Source: Paraspadella gotoi
Lineage: Eukaryota > Animalia > Chaetognatha
Length of the DNA stretch: 63,877 nt
Reading direction: 5' to 3'
Assembly: GCA_051294375.1 (NCBI GenBank)
Contig: CM119263.1
Location: forward strand, 14,214,537 to 14,278,413
The position numbers and the translations under genes are program-made. Below, in pieces: positions 1 through 13,009 of this stretch (within the stretch, counting starts at the first letter, position 1; each line of letters starts with the position of its first letter). The notes beneath the pieces were generated by a model, which was not told where the DNA came from, did not search any database, and saw only the letters and a list, made by a program, of their open reading frames with translations.

Positions 1-32
<32 letters not shown>
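1..32. repeat. (GA)n microsatellite
   Basis: Pure GA dinucleotide run at the window start. Confidence 0.95.
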
Positions 33-36
<4 letters not shown>

Positions 37-2585
37 CGTACAGAGCCTCAGATATTTTTTTATTTTTAGTATAAAGGTGTTTGATAGATTGAATTTCCTC
101 TCCGGGATAAACAAACAGTACATCATGGTGTTGTTTCGAAACAAAGAAAAAATCAAAACAAAAGGCCAGAGTCCACGCGCTTTGCGCTCCCTCCGACGGA
201 TTCGTCGGACGCTGGCCCATCAACGTCCTCCGATGTTTGATAAAGGTTGCCTTGGTGCGTCACGTTCCTTCCGTTGAGTCGGAGCGCCTCCTTTCGATGA
301 AGTTTGCTATTTTGTTTTTACCTCCAAAAAAAAATAAATGAAAAAGAAAATCAAAATGAATCACAAGCATGAAATTGTAGAAGACAAACTTTATTCTCTC
401 GCCTCTTTTCTTTGGGACGTGATACTAGATTATATTATGATTTAAAGACAAACTTCCTTCTTTTCTTTTCTCTTTTCTTTTATCTATTCCTACCCGCGTG
501 ATTTATTTTCTTTTCTCATTTTTTATGGCGTAACAAATTAGCCTTCGTTGCGCGGGCAGGTTTTCTTTTCTCTCTCTCTCTTTATCTCTCTCTCTCTCTC
601 TTGCACCTTCTTACTCTTTTCTTCTAAACATTTTATGCTCACAATTCTTTAAACCCAACTCTTTACCCGTTTTTTTTTCTGCTCTTTCTGCTGTTCCGTA
701 TATTAAGTATATTCTCCTCTCATTTCCTATTCCACTGTTGCTTTCCACTTTCTCCACTCCAGTAAGTTTTACCCTTCAACCCGCGACACTTCCATGGCTT
801 TAAAACCCCCTTTAATCCAGCCCCGCCCGGATGTAATTCACTCCATTCACATTCTCTCACTCTCTCGCACGACGCGGATTCTCTCTTTTCAATTTTTATC
901 CTTATTTTCGGTCATTCATCTCTGCCTTGGAAATTCCAGCAAATCTTCCGCGCCTCGGAAACCGTCTCCCAAGACGCATAAACAACAACAACAACAACGA
1001 CAACCGCAATGACGACTACAACATACACGATCATAACAACAAAACAAGAAACAGCAGTAAACGTAAATAGCCGGACAAANNNNNNNNNNNNNNNNNNNNN
1101 NNNNCGAGGAAGGAAGTGGAAGTGCAGCAGATCAGAGATCTTCTTCGCTCTCTTCCCGTGATCTTTCTATATGTCATACTCACAAGCACGCTGTGTCGCG
1201 AAATGCGCGATGGGGTAGAAAGATCCGCGTGAATGTTTAATACGGGCCCACTCCACCCGGAAGGAAGAGAGGCTGCGCGGGGGGGATGCACCAAGGAGAC
1301 TTCGAGACGGGCACATACACGCAAGCCCTCGCCCGAATCTCCCCCGGTTGTTCCTTTCCTGCCTATTTTTCCCCCTCTCGGTTTTTTCCTTCTGCAGCCC
1401 AGTCCCGCGGGGCCGGGGAATCTCTGCCCCCTGAGATTTCCCACCCCTTCCTCCCCCACTGCACGATTAGTTTATGGGGAGTTTTTTCCCCGGTTACGTT
1501 CTTGACTGTTGTTTTACCGACGGAAGCTGGGTAAAATAGAAAATGTCAGCCTTACTTTTTCCACCGTCCCTCGCAAGGGGAGAAGATCTCAGTCTCTCTC
1601 CCTTCTCTTCCCGCTCTCTCTGCCTCTCTGTCTCTCTCTTATCTCTCCTCTCTCTCGTCTCGTCATCTCTCGGTTCTCTCTCTCGGTAATCTCTCTCTCG
1701 GGTCTAAGAGGCGTGGCGTCTCCCTCCCGCGCCTTTTTCCGGGGTTTAAACTTAACGGGCGATAATTCCCTTGGAGATTTCCATCGCTTGTGAGAGACAA
1801 AAGAGGGAAATGGGAGAGGAGGGGGGTGTTTCGGTGAGCAGGAAGTGAATGGGGGAAATGTGAGACTGAAAATCTAAAAATCAAAGAGAAGTTCGTCTTA
1901 ATAGTATTAATAGTACTAATAGTATAAATAAAGAGAAGATAACAACGCTGTATTTTGAATGGTTTTACCTCGCATATAATCAAGCAGCTAATCAATATCC
2001 GTTTTTTTAGTTTTTCTATTTAAGCACCCTTTAATATTTTCGGGGGTAAAACTTCATTTAGAAAGGAATTCAGACCGATAATACTAATAGTTTTTGTTTA
2101 GATTAGATATATAACAAAAATGAAAGTTCTAGATCTCACGAACAGAAAAAAAAACTTGTACATCTTCTTCAAAACCTTTCGTCGGCATTTTATCAAAAGC
2201 AAGATAAATAAAAAGTAGCAAGGCCTCTTTTGTTAACATGTTTTCTTTCTTCGATCGCGACACAAAAGAAAAACAGAATCTGAGGAAGAAAAAAAAAACA
2301 AAAACAAAAGAAAAAACATAAAATCAAAGGAGAAGAAGATTCATAGAAACACGAAATTGAGGGAGGAAAGAAAACAGAAGAAGAAAAAAAAAGAGAGAGA
2401 ATCGACAGAAACTCAAAAAAAAGAAACGTTTTCTTATTTTTTTTCTCTTCATTTTGAAAGCCGTAATTATCAATTTTAGCGTGTCGCCTCTCTCGCTCTC
2501 TATTACTACTACTACTTCTCTTTTTCTTTGTTTCTCATTTTCTCTCTCTGTATTTACGTTTAAAAAAAACTGGTTTTTAAATTGA

Positions 2586-2702
<117 letters not shown>

Positions 2703-4052
2703 CTCTCCGTGATATCGAAAAAGAAGAATTTGTCATCTTCTCCCTTCGCCGAAAGCGTCGTTTGTCATCTTCTCCTCTCATCAACTCTGTCCTTGTGTCA
2801 GACGCAACTGTCGTCGTTGATAAATGTTAAGAAATCGAAAACGACGACGACGATGATAATAAAAATGATGGTGCTGAGAAGGGGATGATGTTATTATAAG
2901 GATGGTCATAATTATCAAGTTCCGAAAATAGAGGCGACGACGATGACGACGACGACGACGACTAAAACGACGCTGATGATGACGATGACTTTTTAATTCA
3001 AGATTCTGCTGCTTCGATTCGATTCTGAATTTGAGAAAACTTGAAGTGGATGAGCTTCTGAACAACGAATCTAGTCTCTCATCTTTTAGGAAAACGATTT
3101 TAATTGCCTTAATCCGTATTTTAATAACACTTTTACTATATTTTATCCTCAAGTAGCCCATCAGAATAAATAGGAAAAAAAAAAGATAAAATTTAGCAGA
3201 GACGTTTCCAGATGATTTTCCCTTGACCAAAAATGGTTCAATCTATAACTTCGTCACTTCAATCATAATTCTACCATCCGTCCATCCCTCACCGTCACTT
3301 CTCCCCCTCGCCCGATTTTTTCTTTCATCCGTGATTCACTTCGAGATTCAAAAAAAAAAAANNNNNNNNNNNNNNNNNNNNNNNNNNNNNNNNNNNNNNN
3401 NNNNNNNNNNNNNNNNNNNNNNNNNNNNNNNNNNNNNNNNNNNNNNNNNNNNNNNNNNNNNNNNNNNNNNNNNNNNNNNNNNNNNNNNNNNNNNNNNNNN
3501 NNNNNNNNNNNNNNNNNNNNNNNNNNNNNNNNNNNNNNNNNNNNNNNNNNNNNNNNNNNNNNNNNNNNNNNNNNNNNNNNNNNNNNNNNNNNNNNNNNNN
3601 NNNNNNNNNNNNNNNNNNNNNNNNNNNNNNNNNNNNNNNNNNNNNNNNNNNNNNNNNNNNNNNNNNNNNNNNNNNNNNNAAAAAAAAAAAAAAAGAGAGA
3701 GAGAAAACTAGATGAATTCGAAAAAAAAACTCAACAAAGAGAAAAAACAAAAGAGAAATCCGTGACCAGAATTCGTTTGTCATTCGAGGACTCGTCATCC
3801 CGCATCGATCCAAGGGGATGGCTTAATTGTCAGCCCATGACGCTGGCATTTCGCTTTCTTGAAGCGATTAAATTTAAAGCGATTGTTTTTTCGGTTTTTT
3901 AAGGCGATCGCCTCAGGGCGAATGTCCTCGATGCTCGGCCCCTCTATCGAATTCCCGCCGAGCTTCGATTTGAGCGATTGTCATTCGATCGATTATATCC
4001 AATAGCTGAGGAGGGGCGCTTTCCTTCTAAATCGGCAGCGTTGCGAATGCAT

Positions 4053-4250
4053 AAAATTGGTAGAACCAATATAAAAATTATCCATTTATTTAATAAATAA
4101 GCTATCTTGCCCCTGACTTTGGACAGGCTTTGATGGTTAAAGGCCTCCATCACTCTTACAAGATAATGACATATCAGGTCCCTGCAAGCTTTCAATCTAG
4201 ACTCTCTCATAGTCTCGTTTAATGATTCCCAGAGTACCTGGCTTCCCTAT
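4053..4250 (-). mobile_element. Dispersed copy of the ~315-bp twister-bearing repeat family (conserved core only)
   Basis: Reverse complement of the unit tandemly arrayed at 39965-40987 and near-identical to 30216-30350. It diverges from the array unit after ...cttccctat (~4250). Confidence 0.85.
4103..4165 (-). ncRNA. Twister-ribozyme-like motif (P5-permuted), variant copy
   Basis: Minus strand reads UAUCUUGU AAGAGU GA UGGA GGCCU UUAACC AU CAAAG CCUG UCCAAAGU CAGG G GCAAGAUA. It differs from the 30268-30330 copy at the cleavage-site UAA (UUA) and T2 (AU), so it may be impaired. Confidence 0.6.
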
Positions 4251-4340
4251 ATCACTATTAAATCATTGAGCAGTTTCTTACCGGTAGGATCTATGTGAAA
4301 CGCTATCAAATTCCATGGGGTAATGAAGTCATCAAGGTCA

Positions 4341-4501
4341 TCAGGTAATCCTCTTCCAATCAAATCGGCGACCCTTCAGGTAATCTTCTTCCAATCAAAT
4401 CGACGACCCTTCAGGTAATCTTCTTCCAATCAAATCGACGACCCTTCAGGTAATCTTCTTCCAATCAAATCGACGACCCTTCAGGTAATCTTCTTCCAAT
4501 C
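4341..4501. repeat. 35-bp minisatellite, ~4.6 copies
   Basis: Unit tcaggtaatcttcttccaatcaaatcgacgaccct starts at 4341, 4376, 4411, 4446 and 4481. Confidence 0.92.
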
Positions 4502-4597
4502 ATTGTCATTTTCAATCGCGATATCCAAGCACCGATTCTTTAAGCTTTATACAAACCCACTCTCTTCATTCTCATAGGGGTCGATCCATCAACGTCT

Positions 4598-4628
<31 letters not shown>

Positions 4629-4861
4629 GTCTCTCTCTCTCTCGCTCTCTCTCTCTCTCGCGCTCTCTCTCTCTCTCTCTCTCTCTCCTCTCCTCTCTCT
4701 CTCTCTCGCTCTCTTCTCTCTCTCTCTCTTCTCTCTCTCTCTTTATGGCGGCGACATACGCGTCTACCATCAAAGACTCCAACCAAATCTAAAATGTTTT
4801 GTCGAAAAATGAAGAAAAAAATCGAAACTTTCGCGTCGATCAGTCATCTTCATTAAGACGT

Positions 4862-4941
<80 letters not shown>

Positions 4942-6052
4942 GGCGACAACCTCAAACCGAATGAATTCCGCGCAATTGATTCGCAGCGATGGAACGATTT
5001 TCCCTCATCGACGACGATGACGTCTTTGTCAAATGTCCACGCGTCGTCTTTGTTTTTAAAGCCAGAAAAAACTTTGTGGTCAACTGGACAATGGCACACA
5101 AGTACATTCTTTAAAGCGACTTTTTTGGCAGCGTTAATATTTATGCAACTGCTCAACGTACGAAAAAAAAAACCACAGAGGAAACCTCGCTCAAGATCAA
5201 ACTTCTCTTATTTCTTGCAACGAACTGACTTTTATTTTAAGTTTCAGTTTGTGTAAACTTCTTTTTTTTCTCAAGTCGTGAATTTTCTAATTTTCTTGAA
5301 ATTCTTTGAAACTCGAACCGAGGTCGAGGTTGAGACGTTGTGATCGATGAGAAAGTGTATAGGATCCGACGGTTCAAACTTCCACTAAAAAAGAATTTCA
5401 GAAAAAAAAAACACTTTTAAACAATTCTCCGATTATAAAACCGAATCATTTTTTTTTCTTATTAATTTAAATTAATCTCCTCCGCATCTCCCCGCACTCC
5501 CTTTGCCATTTTGTGTCATTGAATTTATCAAGATTATTTTTTCAAAAATCCTCTGACATTTCCAAGCAGAGCATTTTTTTTTTCTGGGGAAATATTTTTT
5601 CCCTCCGATTCTGCGTCTCTCTCTCTCCCTCTCTCTTCTCTCTCTCTCTCTACTCTCGTCTCATCTCTCTTCTCTCTCTCTCTCTCTCTCTCTCGTCTCT
5701 CGGCATTTTCCCTTTGCTTCAAATTCTATCTTTTTTTCCACAATTTCCATTGTTTACCTGATTTTTTTTATTCCCGCTATTTGGTGCTTTAATATTTTTT
5801 ATTCGGTTACATATAAGAATTTTTTTATTTAGTTTCTGCACAATTATTTTATTTTTTAATTTTTAAAAAAGCCTTCTTTAAGTTGCTGACTCATACTTAA
5901 GGTTTCAGAGACAAAGTCAGTCTATATCCTTCATTTCAAGTTTGACATTTAGCAGTGCGCCAGGAAAAATAATTATGAAAAAAATTCTATCGGAATTATT
6001 GAAGTTGAACGACTGAAGTGTTTCAGATCTGTTTAAAAAGGAATAGAGAGAA

Positions 6053-6106
<54 letters not shown>

Positions 6107-7092
6107 CGCCCTTGAGCGACCAGTCACTTTTTCCTCCCTATTTTCCCAGCGCCATAGTCTTAATTCTTTCTCACAGTGGTCACAGTGATCCAGAAAATAA
6201 CAAAACTGCGCTCAAATAAATTCTTTGTGACTAAAACGAAAACCTTTTTTGATATTGTGTTAATGATGATACGAAGCGGGGAAAGAATGAATCTCCGTTC
6301 AATTACGTATATATCAAAGAGAAAAAAATAGGGGATAGTCAGATACGCCGGAGAATGTTAACATGTGAAAATTAAACGCAATAAGAGAATTAAAATCCAG
6401 ATAGTTATTAAGAAAGGGTTAAAATGTTTGAAATAAATGGATGTTTGAATGCGTAGATCATATAGAATTATAAAAAAAAAGCTGAAAGAAACCAAGGTCT
6501 TTTGAACCCGGGCCTTTGAAGCCTTTGAAGCCTCTGAACCCCGGGGAAGATATAAGTATAACGTGGGCTTGTCGGTGAAAACGTATTGAAATCAAGGAGA
6601 TGATCGGGGGTAATTATTTCCACTTTTTCTGCTAATTTCAGGCGGCAGTGGAATGGTGAAGTTGGTACATGGTAGTTTCAATTATGAGGCGGGGTACATG
6701 GTACATGGTAAGCGAGGCAGCATGGTGAGTCTGGGATGATCTAATTCTCCTACGAGAATTGAAGTTCGATTCATCTCGCGTAGAATAACAAGAAAGACGG
6801 CGGGAGATTTCGAAAGGGAAAACGCAGCGTCGGCAACGGCGGCTGCGGCGGCGGAAGCTGCAATGCCTCCAACTGAGGGATGCTCTTATTAAACCGCTAA
6901 GGATGAAAGCAAAGAGAACAAAGAAAACAACGAAAAGATAAAGAATTTTTTGTTTCGTGATTTTACAGAACATAACATCGTATCTTTTCTTAACATAAAT
7001 GTAAAAAATGCCATCGAACATTTGTTATTTTACTATCTATGTGTAATGTTGTCACGAGCGATATTTTNNNNNNNNNNNNNNNNNNNNNNNNN

Positions 7093-10000
7093 GTCCGAGA
7101 GGACAGTCATAATTAATTATCTTTTTATCAACAACAAAACCAGAATTTATCCTTCTTCATTATTTATGTCTCCTTCTCTCTCCTCCTTTTCTCTCTAATT
7201 TTAATGTAGCTTCTCTCACCTCTCTAAAAGATAAAAAAACGTAAATACTACCAGGCACGCAAAACAGACTCTTTCTTTACTCTGTAAAAGATAATGAGAA
7301 CTTTCATAAAAATAACAGAAAACGATTTTTTATTCAATGTGAAAAAAAGAAAATAAAAACTTAAAAAAAAACAAAAAAAACAGGCAAACGTTCTTTGTCC
7401 AACTGTAAAAAATATAAAAAAACAACCATCCGATAAACGACCTTATTCTAACGTTTATAAATAAACAGTGCATAAAAACGTTAAAATACAGCCGGCAGAC
7501 GATTTTCCAAAGAACGGATTAACACTTTTACCAAAAACATAAGGGAAAAAACGCCTTTTTCCAATGTATAAAAAAAGAGATAACTCATTAAAATTTTATC
7601 TGTAACCCGCTATTAAAACACCGGAAAAGCGAATATTTTTTCAAAAAAAAAGAAAAAATAAAAACGGCTTTAAATACTTCTGCAAATAACATCCATCTGA
7701 GGTTGTTTAAAATTGCTCCACGTACGTCGCCTCGCAGGACCACGTTATTAAATTATCTTTCTAATCAAAACAATACAAGGTTTCCACTCTCTTTTAATTT
7801 TTTATGTCTCCATGTCCTCTCTCTCTTTTCTCTTTTAATTTTCATGTATGCTTTTTCTCTCACTCTCAATAGATAACAAACGGTCTAAAGGTACACCAGG
7901 CAAAACGAACTCATCTCTCTTTTCTCGCCTAAAAAGATATGAAAACTTATTTAAAACACCAAAACACAAGCAAAAATAACAATGAAAAACGATTCTTTTT
8001 TTCAAACATGTCTAAAAGACAAAATTATAAAAACTTAAAAAAAAAAAAAAAAACAACGGCTGAGAGCAAAACTTTTTTTTCCCAATGAGTAAAAAAAAAT
8101 TATTAAAAAAAAACACCAGAATAAACGACACTTTTTCTAAAGATTGTAAAAGTTGATTAAACGGTTAAATTACAGCGGCCAGACGGAATATTCCAAAGAA
8201 AAGAGATAACAACTTTAAAAACAAAGAAGAAAAACGGTTTTTCCAATGTAAAAGAGAATTGAAAAAAATTTTTTATTCCTAAAACACGACGGCGGAAGGA
8301 GAAAAAACGATATTTTCAAAAGAAAAAATAGAAAAAAAAGAAGAAATAAACCGTTAAATACTTCTGCAATAACATCATCGAGGGCACGTTTAAATTGGCT
8401 CAGTCATAGCAGGACAGTTACTAAATATCCTTTTTTAATCCAAAACAAACACATTTCCTTTCTTTTATTTTTATGTTCCTTGACTCGATCTCCTCTTTTC
8501 CTCCTTTAATTTTTATGCTAGCTTTGCGTTCTCACTCTCAATAGATAAAACGGGTTTAAAATACACAGAAAACGAGCTTCCCTTTCTACTGCTTAAAACA
8601 GAGTATGAAAACTTTTTTAAAAATAAGCTAGAAAACGATATTTTTCCAATAGTGTTAAAAAGAAACTAAAAACTTTAAAAAAAAAAAAACGGCAAACGAA
8701 TTCTTTTCTTTCCAATGCGTTTAAAAAAGATGTTAAAAAAACCAACCGATAAACGACACTTTTTCATAAAGCTCCCAAGCTACGTAAAAAAAGTCGAAAC
8801 ATTTACTAACCACAACGTGCTTACAACTACAGCCGGCCCAGCAGCACGATATCTTTCCCAACGACGCGGCGGATAACAACTTTATTCCTTAAAAACAGAA
8901 AAGAAAAACGCGCCTTCTGGCTTTTTTTCCAATGTAAAAAAGAGGCACTAAAAAAAAATCATTGCTACTCCCGTAAAACACCGGGGAAAGGACGAGGAAG
9001 AGGGAACGATCATTATTTAAAATAAAAAGAAATAAAACGTTAAAATACTATCTGCCAAAATAACATCATCTAAGAGGGTTGTTTTTTTTAAAATTGGCCG
9101 TGAGGAGAGAGTTACTCTTAAATATCTTTTTTACAAAAACAAAACAAATTTCCTCTCTTTTTATATTTTTAATGTCTCCTTCTCTCCTCTTTTTCTCTTA
9201 ATTTTATGTAAGCTTTCATTCTCACTTCTCAATAGATAAAAACGTAAAGTCATGAGTTAAATACACCAGAGAAAAACGGACTATTTACCTCTGTTAACAA
9301 AGATTATATCGAAAAACTTATAAAAATTAACAAGAAAACGATCATTTTTTGTTCACAATGTAAAAAAGAAAACATAAAAACTCTTAAAAACAAAAAACGG
9401 ACAAACGTATTTTTTTCCATCTGTCAAAATAGAGTTAAAAAAACCCACCGAAATTAAACCGACTTTGTCTTAAAGTTAAAAAGTCAAAAACTTAAAACGG
9501 GTTAAATACACCGGGCACAGACGACATTTCCAAAGAGGATAACACTTATTTAAAACAAAGGGGCAAGCAAGGGAAAAAAAACGTTTTTTTCCAAATGCTA
9601 AAAAGACTATAAAAAATTTTTTTTTTAAAAACACCGGTTAAAACGGATATTTTTCAAAGGAAAGAAAAAGAAATATTAAAAAACGTAAATACTTCTGCAC
9701 AATAACATCATCGAGGGTTGTTATTAAAAACTTGGGTGTCATGCGCCGTGTGACGCGACAGTTATTATAATATCTTTTTATCCAAAACAAAACCAAATTT
9801 ACCTCTCTTTTATTTTTTATGTCATATCTTCTCTCTCTCTTATTCTCTTTAATTTTATGTAGGACTTTCTCTCTACTCTCAATTAGGATTAACAAAACCG
9901 TTTAGTTTTATAAAACACGCGCGAAAACGACGTCGCTTTTCTTCTCTGTTAGTTAAAATTAAAAAAGATATGAAAACTTTAAAAAAATAACAGCCCAGAG

Positions 10001-12620
10001 GAAAACGATTTCTTTTCACAATGATAAAAAAGAAATAAAAAATCTTTAAAAAAAACCGCAAACGGTTTTGTCTCAATGTAAAAAAAACTATCAAAAAAAA
10101 ATCACTGAAAGATAAATAAACGATACCTTCTACAGAAGAGTAAAAAGTGATAGAAAATATATAATAAAAAACGGTTAATACAGCGGCATCAGACGATTAT
10201 TTCCAAAGAGCGATTTAACAGCTTTAACAAAACAACAGAAAAAAGAAGAAAACGGCTTATTTTCAATTTGTTATGTAAAAAGAGGATTAAAAAATTTTTT
10301 TCCTTAAAACACCGGTCGCGGGGAAAACGATATTTTCAAGATAAAAAAGAACGATAATAAAAACGTGTTTAAAATACTTCTGCAAATAACATCCATCCGA
10401 GGTTTTTAATAAAAATGTCCGAGTAGACATGCCAGCAAGCTCGTGAGGAACAGTTATTAAATATCTTTCTTTTTATCAAAACAAACAAATTTTCATTCTC
10501 TTTTTAAATATTTATATGTCTACCTTCTCTCTTTCTCTTTAATTTATGGATAGCTTTCTCTCACTCTCAATAGATTAAATAACGTCGTTAAATACACCAG
10601 GAAAACCGACCTCTTTTTCTACTAAGTAATAAAAAAGATATGAAAATTTTAAAAAATCACGCGCAGGACAGGAAAACGAATTTTTTTTTTTATCCACAAT
10701 GTAAAAAGAAATGAGAAAACTTTAAAAAAAGAAACGGGCCAAACGTTTTTTCCAATGGTTAAAAAGAAGTTTTTTAAAAAACACACGAAATTGAATAAAC
10801 GAACTTTCTAAAAGTTAAAAAGCGATATAAAAACGTTAAATACCACGCAGTCGGCACGACGATATATTATCTCCAAAAGCAGCCTTAGGCAGTCGAACAA
10901 TATAGTGTATAACAACTCGTATAAAAACACAAACGAGAAAAAGAAAAACGCACTCACCCTTTGATCTCCAATGTCACAAAAAAGAAGATTAAAAATTTTA
11001 TTAATAAAACACCCGGGCGGGAGGGGAGGAGGAAAAACGATAATTTTCCAAAAAGAAAAAAGAAAATAAAAACGTATAAATACTTGCTGCATAATAACAA
11101 TCGATCGAGGTGTTGTTAAAATGGGAGTCGAGGACAGTAGTTAAATATCTTTTATTCAAAACAAACAAATTTCCTCCTCTTTATAATTGCATATTCCGAT
11201 CCACCAACGGCAGCACTGTCTCCTTCCCTCTACTCTCTTTTCTCTTTACATTTGTATGTACAAGCTTTCCTACTCACCTCTTCAAGTGAAGATAAAAACG
11301 GGTTAAATACACCAGGCAGGGGAAACACAGACATTTTCTCTGGGCTAAAAAAGATATGAAAACTATTTTTACAAATAACAAGGCCAAAACGATTTCTTTC
11401 CAATGTTTAAAAAGAAATAAAACTTTAAAAAAAAAAAACCGGCCAAACGTTTCTATTCCACATGTTACAAAAGAGGCCAACGTTTAAAAAACACCATGAT
11501 AAAACTTTTCTAAAGTTAAAAATGTAAATAACAAACGTTAAATACACCTGGCCAGACGACATTTCCAAAGACAGAGAATAGACAAGCGATAACAAACTTT
11601 AAAAACAAAGAAAAACGCTTATTTCCAATTGTTTAAAAAGAGATAAAAAAATTTTCTAAAACACCGGGAAAAACGATATTTTCAAAGAAAAAAGAAATAA
11701 AATAAAAACGTTAAAATACTTCTGCCACACAATAACAATCCATGCCGAGGTTGTTAAACGCTTGGGTGAGGACAGTATTAAATATCATTTTATTACAAAA
11801 CAAACAATTCCTCTCTTATTTTTCATGTCTCCTTCTCTCCACTTTTCTCTTTAATTTTTATGTTTAGCTCTCTCTCACTCATCAAAGAGAAATAAAATCG
11901 TGATTAAATTACACCCAAGAGGAGGGAAGGAAAACGACTTTTTCTCTGTTAAAAACGATATTGGAAAACATATTAAAAATAACAGAAAACGATTTTTTTT
12001 CCAATGTAAAAATAGAAATAAAAACTTTTAAAAAAACGCAAAACGTTTTTCTACAATTGTAAAAAAAACAATATAAAAACAAAAACTATCAAACGACTTT
12101 TCCTAATAACGCTCTAAAAAAGTTGCATCACGAATTAAAACCCGAACCCGTTAACCGACAAGCATCTGTCTCCAACAACTCACAAGCGGCAATCCCAAGA
12201 CACATCAACGAGGTATAATCCTCTCTACTTTACCCATCAAAGATCGCGAGCAGGTAACAACTTTACCGCCAACTCACATGCAACAAAAAACATAAGCCCA
12301 GAAAAACGCTTTATTTCCAATGTAAAAAGAGATTGTAAAAAAATTTTCTAAAACACCGGGGGGGAAAACGACATATTTTCAAAGAAAAAAGAAAAATAAA
12401 AACGGTTTAAATACTACTCACAATAACATCATCCCGACGGGATTGTTTTGAAAATGGGTGAGCGAGCGAACAGTTATTAAATATCTATTATATCAAAACA
12501 AACAATTCTTTCTATATGATTATGTCTCCATTCTCTCTTATCCTCTTTAATGTTATGTCAGCATCTCTCCACTCATCAATAGATAAACAACGTAGATTTT
12601 ATAACCGCCGTAGGTCCACC
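7093..12620. repeat. AT-rich tandem satellite array, ~8-9 units of ~640-700 bp apparent period, very noisy
   Basis: Landmark '(g)aggacagttattaaatatcttttt...caaaacaaac' recurs at ~7100, 7735, 8410, 9105, 9757, 10447, 11130, 11768 and 12468. 'aaatacttctgcaataacatcatcgagggttgtt' precedes each later copy. Differences are mostly random single-base insertions. Confidence 0.85.
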
Positions 12621-13009
12621 ACAACTGTCAACACCAGGACCACTCGAGGGCAACAACACCACGACTTAAAATTCACTCCTGTCACACAAAAAGATATGCT
12701 TGCATAGTCGTGTCACACATACCACACGTTTTGTATCAATCACACTCTCTGCACACTGTGAAGTGACTGGGACAAAGCACATGCTCGCTGGTTGGATCTC
12801 GTGTCGCCAAACGGGCTCTGTACGTCGAAGCCCAATAGTCGATGATACTTTAGTGAGAGTCCCGAGAAAGTCGTCTCATATCCAACGCCGGCACGACTTT
12901 ATGATATATAAGTTGACAAGAATGGACAACTGTGCAGCTAGCCTCAATCTGTTGACATTAGTTCATGGGCATACCGGCGCTTACTTGTATACTTCATTCT
13001 CCTATAATC

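Noticed and set aside
900-1790. Several kappaB-like motifs (ggaaattcc, ggggaatct, gagatttccc) in a GC-richer stretch
   Set aside because: None is a full consensus match, there is no identifiable downstream gene, and such short motifs arise by chance.
4341-4501. 35-bp repeats as a CRISPR array
   Set aside because: Repeats are contiguous with no unique spacers, there are no cas genes, and the context is eukaryotic.
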